Assembly: GCA_038087875.1 (NCBI GenBank)
Contig: CM075991.1
Span: 5,890,001 to 5,954,000 of the forward strand
Direction: 5' to 3'
Length of the DNA stretch: 64,000 nt
From: Malacoraja senta
Lineage: Eukaryota
Shown here: positions 1 to 10,131 of the stretch, in pieces
Layout: each line of letters opens with the position of its first letter
Position numbering within the stretch: the first letter of the stretch is position 1
Program-made: the position numbers and the translations under genes
The notes under the pieces: generated by a model
Seen by the model: the letters and a program-made list of their open reading frames with translations, nothing else
The model's database searches: none
What the model was told of the DNA's origin: nothing

Positions 1-2111
1 GAGCAGGTCGATTTCGAACCAGCCCGAATACGAGTCAACGAGAACCAGATACTGTTTGCCATGCCACTCGAATATGTCAGTAGCAGGCGTGGACCAAGGC
101 AGAGGAGAAACAGGGTGTGAGAGCAGGGGATGCTTCTGTTCGTGTGGCATCAGGCTGCTGCAGATAGCACAGGCTTAAACTTCCTCACGCATGAATTTGG
201 TAATTCCGGGATAGTAAAAGATGCTCTGTGCTCGGAGTATGGTTGCTTACAAGCCGGGGTGACCCCCTGTGAACGACATCAAATGATTTATCTCATATGG
301 CAGTTGGGATGACAGCTCAGTGACCCTTGATTATGACACCGCCCTGCAGCACCAGTTCATCGCGGACCAGGTAGTATGGGCAAATAGGAAGTGGAGCGTG
401 ATATGGTTTATCCTGCCAGCCACGCCGGATGACAGAAGACAATAGCTGTAAAGTTGTATCCGCAGCCAGATGCTCTGCCAGGTCACTTAAACATTCTGTA
501 GGTGCGTACAACACCATCATTACTGTGAAATGGTAATTTTCAGACAGCTGTTGTTCGCAGGTTGTTCGTGGGGTTGTTGATGTGTCAGCCAGATACATAT
601 CCTTGTCCCTTTTGTAGACTAGGGTGAAATCGAAACTCTGTAGCTGCATCATCATCCGTTGCAGGTGAGCAGGAGCTGCAAGAATGGATTAATTCTGAAT
701 AGTGAGAAACCGTTGGTGGTCTGTTTCGACAACCACGGACTTCCGAAAAATTAAGTCCTTGAATTTTGTGCGGGTAAAAACCACGGCTAGTAATTATTCT
801 TTCGATCTTCAGTCCCAGACAAGGTACGGGAGGCGTAAGCAATAGGTCTGCAGTCTCCTTCGACGGAATTCTGTGGGCAAGCACATCCAAGTCCATATTG
901 GGAAGCATCACACGTGAGTGTCACCGGTAGGTTTAAGGGTAGGGGCACAGGACAATAGTAATTTAAGCATTTCGAATGCCCTCTGGTGTTGTGGGTACCA
1001 AGACCATGTAGCGTCCTTGTGAGTTAGTTGTCGCAGAGGGGCAGATATTTTGTTGAGGTTGGGAATTAATTTCCCCAAGTAGTTAACCGTTCCCAGGAAT
1101 CTCTGCAAACTTGTCACGTCAGTGAGAACTGGTATCTCATTGATGCCAATGGTCTTGGAGAGGTCAGGTCTGTGGCCGTCACTGGTGAATACGTGTCCGA
1201 CATACAGGACCTCCTTGACCTGGAATCTGCTCTTCAGAGTGTTGAGCTTGCGGTGGATGTCTTTTGCACGGTCCAGTACTTTTTTTAATTGGCATCATGT
1301 TCAGCCATGTCGCGTCCAGCAACGAGAATGTCATCAAAAATGATGCCACGAGGATACCCAGTAAATAATTGCTCCATTGTACGCTGGAATACTTCGCTAG
1401 CAGAGTTGAAGTCAAAGGGCACCGCAAGAATTTGTACCGGCCAAACGGGGTGCCGAACGTGGTGAGTTTGGACTAATCGGGGTCCAGCGGGATCTCCCCG
1501 AACGAGCTGTTGGCATCCATAAAAGAAAACGCAGAGGCATTGCCCAGTTGAGCAGCGAATTCCTCCATCGTGCGCATTGGGTAGTGCGGGCGTTTGATCG
1601 CTGAGTTCAGGTCTCTGGTGTTGATACAAATTTGGATTTCTTCTTTAATTTTCTCCGTTGCGACCACCATGGTGGAAATCCAGTTGGTTGGGTCAGTAAC
1701 CGTGGCAATGACACCCAGGGGCACCACCATCTGGTGCTTATTGTGTACTCCGCCACGCATAGCATGTGGCATGCGGTGCGGTGCTCGTACCACAGGTAAG
1801 ACATTTGCATCATTGACGATGTTGCCTCTGATGGGTAGCTTCCTAAACTTATCGTCAAAATGTTCCTTGCACTGGGAAGTATCTGCTGGGTGGTGCCCTC
1901 GGCAGGAGAGATTTGATGGACAGCAGGCCCAAAAGTTACCAGTCCAAGGTCCTGGCATGCGTTAATGCCATGCAGAGTTGCAACTTTCCCACGGAAAGTT
2001 GCAACTCTGTTTCCCACAGAGTTGCAACTTTCCCACAGCCTGTGAAGTTGTGACGCTAGGTGGTATTTCAGCTCAGCTTTTCCAATTGGGTGCACCTCCC
2101 CCCCATCCACC
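1..2111 (-). mobile_element. Degenerate Gypsy/Ty3 LTR retrotransposon pol remnant (protease-RT-RNase H-integrase), cut by the window edge
   Basis: Frameshifted minus-strand fragments: PTNWISTMVV..ICINTRDLNSAIKRPHYPM, IIFDDILV (RT), LQRFLGTVNYLGKLIP (RT connection), MQLQSFDFTLVYK..YLAD (RNase H end), integrase N-terminus. Same sequence as 50154-52264. Confidence 0.9.
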
Positions 2112-3465
2112 ATTGTAAATATTTGCTGTCCCAGCAGCGAGTCATGCGGTACCCCACAAGTCACTGCCTGCCATTCTGAATTGGATCCGTTAATCCCTAC
2201 TCTTTGTTTCCTGTCTGCCAACCAATTTTCTATCCATGTCAGTACCTTACACCAAATAACATGTGATCTAATTGTGCCCACTAATCTCCTATGTGGGACC
2301 TTATCAAAGGTTTTCTGAAAGTCTACGTACACTACATTCACTGACTCTCCCTTGTCCATATTTCCAGTTACATCCTCAAAAATGTCCTGAAGATTAGTCA
2401 AGCATGATTTCCCCTTCATAAATCCATGCTGACTCGGACCGATCCTGTTACTCCTACCCAAATGTGCCGCTTCTTCATCTTTTATAATTAACTCCAGCAT
2501 CTTCCCCACCACCAATGTGAGGTTAACTGGTCTTTAATTCCTTGTTTTCTCTCTCCCTACTTTCTTAAAAGGTGGGATAACATTAGATACCTTCCAATCC
2601 ACAGGAACTGATCCTGAATCTATTGAACATTGGAAAATGATCACCAATGCATTCACGATATCTAGAACATCTTCCTTAAGTGCCCTGGGGTGCAGACCAT
2701 CAGGCCCAGGGGATCTATCACCCTTCAGTCCCATATACGCAACACAATTTCCTGCCTATGTGAATTTCCTTCACTTCCTCAGTCACCCGAGGCCCTCTGG
2801 CCGCTGGTACACAGTGGATAATTGTTTGTGTCTTCCTTAGTGAAGTCATATCCAAAGTACAAGTTCAACTCGTCTGCCATTTCCTTGTTCCCCATTATAA
2901 ATTCACCTGTTTCTGTGTTCAAGGGACCCACTTTTAATATCAAGTCCTACAAGCTCAACTTATTAACTATTTTTCCCTCTTCACATACCCAAAGAAGCTT
3001 TTATAATCCCCCTTCATATTCTTGGCTAGCTTACCTTCCTACCGCATCTTTTCTCCCCGTATTGCCTTTTTAGTTATCTTTTGCTGCTCTTTAAACGTTT
3101 CCCAATCCTCTGGCTTCCCGCTCATCTTTACTATGTTATACTTCTTCTCTTTTATTTTTATACTGTCCTTGAATTCACTTGTCAGCCACGGTCGCCTCTT
3201 ACCACCCTTTAGAATCTTTCTTCCTGTTTGGAATGAACTGATATTGCACCTTCTGTATTATTCCTAGAAATACCCTCCATTGTTGTTCCACTGTCATCCC
3301 TGCTAGGGTCTCTTTCAAATAAACTTTGGCCAGCTCCTCCCTCATGCCGCCATAGTCCCCTTTCCTCAACTGTAATAATGACTCTTCCGATGTTCCCTTC
3401 TCCCTCTCAAATTGCAGATGAAAACGTATCATATTATGGTCACTACCTCCAAATGGCTCTTTTAG
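2112..3465 (-). mobile_element. CR1 LINE ORF2 fragment (degenerate)
   Basis: GSDHNMIRF, SPGPDGLHPRALKE, QHGFMKGKSCLTNL, VYVDFQKTFDKVPH motifs of CR1-type EN/RT; boundaries approximate. Confidence 0.9.
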
Positions 3466-3771
3466 CTTGAGCCAAGAAGTACTTACAAGAGCAACCGCAG
3501 TTCTGGAAAAAGGTCTTGTGGACATATTAGGCGAAGATTGGCATATCAGAGTGATAGCAAGAGCAAAGCATTGAGGAGAGAAGGAACTGCCCAAGATCCA
3601 AAGCATACCACCTCATCTGTGAAACGTGGTGGGGGGTGTGATGACCTGGGCATGTATGGCTCCTGGCTCTCTTATCTGCATTGATGATACAGCTGCCAAT
3701 GGTAGTTGTATAGTGAATTCTGAATGGTATAGACACATCCGATCTGTTCAAGTTCGAACAAATGCCTCAAA

Positions 3772-3915
3772 GAATTGCAGATGCTGGAAAATCGAAGCTA
3801 GACAAAAATGCTGGAGAAACTCTCCGGATGAGGCAACATCTATGTTCGGAGGGAGGAGGAGAACTTTTTCAAGTTGCTGCCTCACCCGCTAAGTTTCTCC
3901 AGCATTTTTGTCTAC
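3772..3915. mobile_element. Short non-autonomous Penelope-derived fold-back element
   Basis: Shares TGCAGATGCTGGAAAATCGAAG..ACAAAAATGCTGGAGAAACT with 28666-28711; 23-bp inverted arms at 3799-3821 and 3892-3914; flanking CCTCAAA duplication at 3765-3771 and 3916-3922. Confidence 0.7.
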
Positions 3916-4125
3916 CCTCAAAACTCATTGGCCGACTTCCGGTTGCGACATGCTCTGCTAGCAGTCGCAAACTTTTTAGCTCCGCTGAAAAAATCGCGAT
4001 TTTTCGCGTTAAAATCGGGTCTGGAGGTCGGGACCGTTTTTAAAAACTTACCGGAGCTTCATGTCGCGGTGCTGATGACGTCATCAGTAAGCGCCGCGAT
4101 TATAACGGAGGGAAAGTCATTTTAA

Positions 4126-5121
4126 ATGAAAAGTACATCTCCAGGTCAGAGCCCACAGAGGAAAATCTCAAAACATCTGCTGAAGACTCTGGAACAGCAA
4201 GAAACTTCAGAACTGACCTCTGGAGATGTCTCTGGAATGGCTACTCGATCTGCAAAAGAGAAAACCGAAATGGAGGACTTAAGAAACTCGGTAAGAGATA
4301 TCAAAAATGATATGGAAGCTGGGAACAGTAAATTGATAGCCGGTAATGATAAAATACTTGAGGGTATTGAGGCTCTCCAAAAAAGAATTGAAGGTGTGGA
4401 AAAAGGACTATCGATAAAAATTGAAAAGGTGGCAGAAGAGACCACAAAGATGTTTGAGGCTGTGCACGAAACTGTGGCTGCAAATGCATCTGCAGTGAAT
4501 GATTTGGAAGCTGTTGTGGAAGTGATGGCTGGAGAGATGCAGACTATGAAGTCAGAAATAGATAGTCTCAAGAACCAAGTCACAAAGGTTTCGAATAAAT
4601 GTGTTGACCTAGAAGCTCGCTCAAGACGCCAAAATATAAGAATACGTGGTGTAAAAGAGGGAGCTGAGGGGGACAATGTTTGTGAGTTCGCTGCCAACCT
4701 AATTAAACACGTACTGAAGCTACCAGAAGTACCTGTAATTGAAGTAGCACATCGACTCCCCAGATTTAAATCAAGATCTCAAGGAGAACGTGCCTACCCA
4801 CGACAGATCATAATTAAACTTCGGGATATCTCAACAATGGAAGCGCTGATGAAAAAAATCAACCACGGAGAGAAGATGATGTACAGAGGTGATACTATTA
4901 AACTCCTACGGGACTACCCTTATGAGATTGAGCAAAAGAGAAGAAAGTTCTCACAGACCAGAGAAGTTCTTTATGGTGTTAAGGGAGTTTTGTGTGGAGT
5001 GTTTTATCCGGCTAGAATGCGTATCACCTTTGAGGGAGTGTCAAAAACATTCACTAATTCGGATGAATCTCTCAAATACGCTCAAGAAATCGCGACTAAG
5101 GCTGCATCAACTGGAGATTGA
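4126..5121 (+). CDS. L1 ORF1p (coiled coil + RRM + CTD), 331 aa
   Basis: Heptad coiled coil followed by DLEARSRRQNIRIRGVKEG, IEVAHR, PRQIIIKL, FYPARMRI: L1 ORF1 (transposase_22-like) motifs. Confidence 0.95.
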   Translation: MKSTSPGQSPQRKISKHLLKTLEQQETSELTSGDVSGMATRSAKEKTEMEDLRNSVRDIKNDMEAGNSKLIAGNDKILEGIEALQKRIEGVEKGLSIKIEKVAEETTKMFEAVHETVAANASAVNDLEAVVEVMAGEMQTMKSEIDSLKNQVTKVSNKCVDLEARSRRQNIRIRGVKEGAEGDNVCEFAANLIKHVLKLPEVPVIEVAHRLPRFKSRSQGERAYPRQIIIKLRDISTMEALMKKINHGEKMMYRGDTIKLLRDYPYEIEQKRRKFSQTREVLYGVKGVLCGVFYPARMRITFEGVSKTFTNSDESLKYAQEIATKAASTGD

Positions 5122-6026
5122 AAACCAAGACGACATGAACAAACGAACTTGCTTATTCTTCCAACAAGAGTATCACAAGGAAAGTGAATTAACTGAACAC
5201 TGATTTTTTATTTTTTATTTGACTTCAAGCAACAGATTCTTAGTGAGACGTGGCTAGACATTATTATCTTCGCTGGAACATTGTGCTATGTAATTCAAGG
5301 ACACTACGTGCTCAAACGAGGAAAACCTGATAACACGGGACGAACTGCTGGGCTGAGAGTGAAAAACATCACATGGCTTATATTGTTTATAAAAAACTGA
5401 AAAAACAGAGAACTAATAATAATTAACAATTAACAATACTAATATAGAAATAGCAATTGAAATAGATAAAAAATGTGCAGTCTGCTCTGTTTAGCAGATA
5501 ACAGCAAGTGCTATGCAGCTCGAGAGTGGAGGGAGGGGGAGACCGGGTACCTGGCATAACTCCAGGAGCCAGACTCCCGTTAACCCTTCCAGCGAACAGC
5601 TCATTTTTAACAATATTAAAATCAATTTAAAATAGTTAAGAGATAATATACACTCGAGGTTGATATGAAAAATATATACGGCTTATATAGTTTTACAAAA
5701 TGCTGAGAATTAATCATAATTAATAATTAACAATACTAATATAGAAATAATATTTGAAACTGATAAAACTGTGGTGCCTGCGTCATAACGCAGACAGCAG
5801 TTATCACCTATGTTCGCAGCTCGTGGAGAGGAGAGGAGATCAGGCACCTGGCACAATTCCAGGAACCTGACTCCGGTTAATCCACTCAGTAAACCGCTCA
5901 CTTTAACAATACTAAATTCATTTTAAAATAGTTAAGAGATAAAGAGTGAGTAGGATATGGAATCGAATACATTTGACATATATATAAATTGTAACTGGGT
6001 GAAATAGAACTGAATTGGAAACGGTA

Positions 6027-6347
6027 ATGACCCCAGAGATTTTGGGTAATAAATACAGCGGGGCTAACTTTATACCAACTACGCCGGAAGCGTTATGGAT
6101 GTCGTACCCCACAGACGAGTGGGCCACTCACTACGGTGTTGAAATTTTAGACACCGTAAATTTATTTGATTTATATATATTTTTTTTAATCACAATATGT
6201 CACATCTGTGTGTTTTTTCTTCAAGGACAATCGCGCAGGAGAACTACCAAGGAAGTCTATAATAGAAATACTCCCAAAATAACCAGAGTCCGGAGGTATG
6301 AACGCACCACAATAATTAAGGTCATTAAAACTGGTAAAAATGCATGA
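6027..6347 (+). CDS. Putative L1 spacer-encoded small membrane protein (106 aa) overlapping the ORF2 start
   Basis: Open frame ATG6027-TGA6347 with hydrophobic LFDLYIFFLITICHICVFFL followed by SRRR; positional homologues in the other two L1s (see findings). Confidence 0.5.
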   Translation: MTPEILGNKYSGANFIPTTPEALWMSYPTDEWATHYGVEILDTVNLFDLYIFFLITICHICVFFLQGQSRRRTTKEVYNRNTPKITRVRRYERTTIIKVIKTGKNA

Positions 6348-9300
6348 CGACAATCAAAAGAAAATAGGAGGAATCACATTATGTAGTTGGAATATAAGGG
6401 GGATTAATGAACCTATTAAAAGGGGCAAGATACTAGCTCAGTTGAAATCATACAACACGGACATTGCGTTTCTACAGGAAACACATCTTAAACAGCAAGA
6501 TCAGACAAGACTGAGGGCGAACTGGATAGGCCAAACATTTCACTCTTCATTTACCTCCAAATCTAGAGGTACTGCAATTATTATTCGTAAAGGAATTCCA
6601 TTTAAATCAAAGAACACTATTTTAGATAAGGAAGGGAGATATCTTATAGTAGCAGGGGAGATCAATAATATGCCAATTACGCTGGTAAACATATATGCGC
6701 CCAACTTTGATAACCCTCAATTTTTTAATAAAATTCTGAATATAATTGCAGAATCTAATTATCAAAATGTTATAATCGGAGGAGATTTTAATTGTGTTTT
6801 AGATCCTTATTTAGATAAATCGATGCAAAAACAAAAAGGTCAGACGAAATCTAAAACCAGTGAACTCTTACACACATATATGGAAAACACAAATATAACA
6901 GATGTATGGAGGATTGCAAACCCGACGGGAAGGGATTACTCGTTTTATTCAATGGTGCATGAAACATATTCACGGATAGACTATTTTCTTGTGGATACAA
7001 AATTAATTTCGCAATCTCTGAATCCTAAATATCATATTAATGCGATCTCAGATCATTCTCCGTTAACTTTTGTTCTAAAACTAGAAGGAATGTCTATGAA
7101 TAAACCGTTCTGGAGGTTTAACTCACAAATTTTAAAAGACCCTCAAGGGAGTATCTATCTAAAAAAACAGATGGATCTATTTTTTGAGTTAAATGATACA
7201 CCAGAGATATCCCCCACGTTATTATGGGAATCCTTCAAAGCATTTATAAGAGGAGTCATTATTTCATTTCAAGCTTATCAAAATAAAAAGAATAAGAATG
7301 AACAAAGACACTTAGAAGATCAAATAAAACAGTTAGATATAGATAATGCTAAAGACCCAACTATGGATAAACATAATAAAATACTACTACTGAAATTTCA
7401 GTTAAATAAATTACTGTCAGAGAAAGTTATAACATTATTTCAAATCACAAAACAAGAACACTTCGAATTCGGGGACAAACCCCACAAACTTCTAGCACGA
7501 CAACTTAAAAAACGGGAAAAAGAGAATGCAATATTAAAGATTAAATCAGATAGAGGGGAAGTATTAACACTACCCAAGGATATTAATAAAAGATTTGCTC
7601 AATTTTACCAGAATCTATACACATCTAAAACGTCAATAGACAATAATAAAATCTCAGAATTTTTAGATAATTGTAATCTACCACAATTAGAACGCAGGGA
7701 ACAAGAGGAACTGGGAGCACAAATTACTTCTAAGGAGATAGAAGACACAATAAAAACACTAAAAAATGGAAAAACACCAGGACCAGACGGATTCAGTAAT
7801 GAATTTTATAAATCTTTTTATGATATAGTTACTCCACGATTACAAAAAATGTATACATATGCTTATAAAGAGCAAAACCTACCTGAAACACTAGCGGAAT
7901 CAACGATCATATTAATACTTAAAAAAGATAAAAATATAGAAGAACCAGGATCATATAGAGCTATTGCTTTGTTAAATACGGATCAGAAAATAATAGCAAA
8001 AACATTAGCCAATAGATTAAGCAAGTATGTTAGTAGACTAATACATGAGGATCAAACAGGATTTATACCTAAGAGACACTCATTTAATAATTTGAGACGT
8101 TTGCTTAACATAATGCATTCACATAAATCTTATGACCAAGAGTTAGCTATCATCTCACTGGACGCAGAAAAAGCGTTTGATCAAGTAGAATGGGACTATA
8201 TGATCAAAGTATTGCAAAAATTCCAATTGGGAGAAAACTTTATTGCATGGATAAAACTACTATATAACAAACCTACGGCTAGAATACTAACTAATAATAT
8301 ATTATCTTCAAAATTCGAATTATCTAGGGGCAACAGACAAGGATGTTCACTATCACCGCTGTTATTTGCTTTGGTAATTGAACCCCTTGCTGAAAAAATA
8401 AGAACACACTCGAATATTCACGGTTATAACACAAAATATTCAAACAACAAACTATCCCTATATGCTGATGATGTACTACTGTACATCACAAAACCACAAA
8501 TTAGTATACCAAATATATTAAACTTAATTGAGGACTTTGGATCCTTTTCAGGATATAGAATAAATTGGAACAAAAGTGAAATTATGTCGATTAAACCAAA
8601 AGACTCAACACATCTCAGGAAATTCCCTTTTAAAATAGCTATGGAAAAATTCAAATATTTAGGAATTGAGATTACTAGAAATTACCATGATATGTTTAAA
8701 GCTAATTATAATCCCCTACTTAAGAAATTAAATAATCTGATTAAATTTTGGAAAACACTTCCGATGTCCTTAATAGGTAGGATAAATGCTATAAAAATGA
8801 TTTTCTTACCACAAATCCTTTACCTATTTCAATCATTACCTATATATCTCCCAAAAAAGTTTTTCAAAAAACTGGACTCAGACATTACAAATTTTATATG
8901 GGATTACAAATCCCACAGAATACAAAGAACACACCTTAACAAACGAAAAGAGTTGGGGGGTCTAGCGCTCCCTAACTTTATGTATTATAACTGGGCAGTA
9001 AATATTAAAAATATGATTCACCTGCTGGACAATTCTGCCCAGCAGGTGGACTGGATTATAATGGAAAAAGGGGATTGCTCCCCGAATAATATAGGAGCGA
9101 TTATTCTCTCTCCAATAAATTTGAATAATAAAAATTATAATAAAAATCCAATTATATATAGCACTATTAGAACATGGAAGCAAATAAAACAGAATCTAAA
9201 ATTAAGAAACCTATCTCTCTTAATACCAATAGTCAATAACCCATCGTTTAAACCTTCAATCATAGATAAAGCATTTATACAATGGGAAAGAATGGGAATT

Positions 9301-10131
9301 AAAACGCTCGAAGATCTGTATGAATTAGAAAAATTACTATCATTCCAACAACTACAACTGAAATATAATTTGAAAAATAATCAATATTTTAAATATCTAC
9401 AAATCTGTGACTATTTGAAAACACACACAAAAGATTATTATAATATGCCTTCCGACTTACTAGATGAAGCAATGAAGACAAAGGCGGAATCAGTTAATTT
9501 AATATCATACTTATATAATATCATCTTAAATATAGAAATACCCACAACAGATGGAATTAGAAGAGATTGGGAACAAGATCTAGGTATAAAAATTTCAAAA
9601 GAGAGTTGGGATAATCATTTATTACAGGTGCATAAATGCTCGATCAACGTACGACATACGCTTATCCAATTTAAAACATTACATAGATTATATTATTCAA
9701 AAACCAAACTAAATAAAATCTTTCCTAACGTCTCACCAATCTGTGATAAATGTATATGTCAAGAAGCTACCATAGCACATTCTTTTGTTTTTTGTACAAA
9801 AATCCAAAAATTCTGGTTTGAAATATTTGATATTTTTTCAAAATTAATCAAAATAAAACTGGTACCAAAACCAGAATGGATTATTTTTGGAATATCGGAA
9901 GGTATTCCTGAATTAAACGTGTATCAGAAGAATTTACTCAATTATGGGCTAATAATGGGAAAAAAGCTTATACTTAAATTCTGGAAAAATGCGCCCACAC
10001 CAACAATAAAAATGTGGACATCAAATATGTTGGAAACATTACATCTGGAAGAGATGAGATTCCTCCTAGTAGGCAAAGTAGATCAATTTCAAAAGACGTG
10101 GTCTACGTTTTTGGACCTATTACAAGCATGA
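6340..10131 (+). CDS. L1 ORF2p (APE endonuclease + RT + CCHC), 1263 aa, uninterrupted
   Basis: SWNIRG, LQETH, GGDFN, SRIDY, SDH (EN); PGPDG, LDAEKAFD, RQGCSLSP, YADD, FKYLG (RT); CDKC-x8-H-x4-C. Confidence 0.98.
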   Translation: MHDDNQKKIGGITLCSWNIRGINEPIKRGKILAQLKSYNTDIAFLQETHLKQQDQTRLRANWIGQTFHSSFTSKSRGTAIIIRKGIPFKSKNTILDKEGRYLIVAGEINNMPITLVNIYAPNFDNPQFFNKILNIIAESNYQNVIIGGDFNCVLDPYLDKSMQKQKGQTKSKTSELLHTYMENTNITDVWRIANPTGRDYSFYSMVHETYSRIDYFLVDTKLISQSLNPKYHINAISDHSPLTFVLKLEGMSMNKPFWRFNSQILKDPQGSIYLKKQMDLFFELNDTPEISPTLLWESFKAFIRGVIISFQAYQNKKNKNEQRHLEDQIKQLDIDNAKDPTMDKHNKILLLKFQLNKLLSEKVITLFQITKQEHFEFGDKPHKLLARQLKKREKENAILKIKSDRGEVLTLPKDINKRFAQFYQNLYTSKTSIDNNKISEFLDNCNLPQLERREQEELGAQITSKEIEDTIKTLKNGKTPGPDGFSNEFYKSFYDIVTPRLQKMYTYAYKEQNLPETLAESTIILILKKDKNIEEPGSYRAIALLNTDQKIIAKTLANRLSKYVSRLIHEDQTGFIPKRHSFNNLRRLLNIMHSHKSYDQELAIISLDAEKAFDQVEWDYMIKVLQKFQLGENFIAWIKLLYNKPTARILTNNILSSKFELSRGNRQGCSLSPLLFALVIEPLAEKIRTHSNIHGYNTKYSNNKLSLYADDVLLYITKPQISIPNILNLIEDFGSFSGYRINWNKSEIMSIKPKDSTHLRKFPFKIAMEKFKYLGIEITRNYHDMFKANYNPLLKKLNNLIKFWKTLPMSLIGRINAIKMIFLPQILYLFQSLPIYLPKKFFKKLDSDITNFIWDYKSHRIQRTHLNKRKELGGLALPNFMYYNWAVNIKNMIHLLDNSAQQVDWIIMEKGDCSPNNIGAIILSPINLNNKNYNKNPIIYSTIRTWKQIKQNLKLRNLSLLIPIVNNPSFKPSIIDKAFIQWERMGIKTLEDLYELEKLLSFQQLQLKYNLKNNQYFKYLQICDYLKTHTKDYYNMPSDLLDEAMKTKAESVNLISYLYNIILNIEIPTTDGIRRDWEQDLGIKISKESWDNHLLQVHKCSINVRHTLIQFKTLHRLYYSKTKLNKIFPNVSPICDKCICQEATIAHSFVFCTKIQKFWFEIFDIFSKLIKIKLVPKPEWIIFGISEGIPELNVYQKNLLNYGLIMGKKLILKFWKNAPTPTIKMWTSNMLETLHLEEMRFLLVGKVDQFQKTWSTFLDLLQA

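Noticed and set aside
1607..2515. 302-aa ORF as a novel fusion protein
   Set aside because: Chance in-frame junction of a CR1 RT fragment with Gypsy sequence, partly out of frame.
4146..4697. Antisense ORF inside L1-A ORF1 (ORF0-like)
   Set aside because: Typical shadow frame of coiled-coil codon usage; no equivalent in L1-B.
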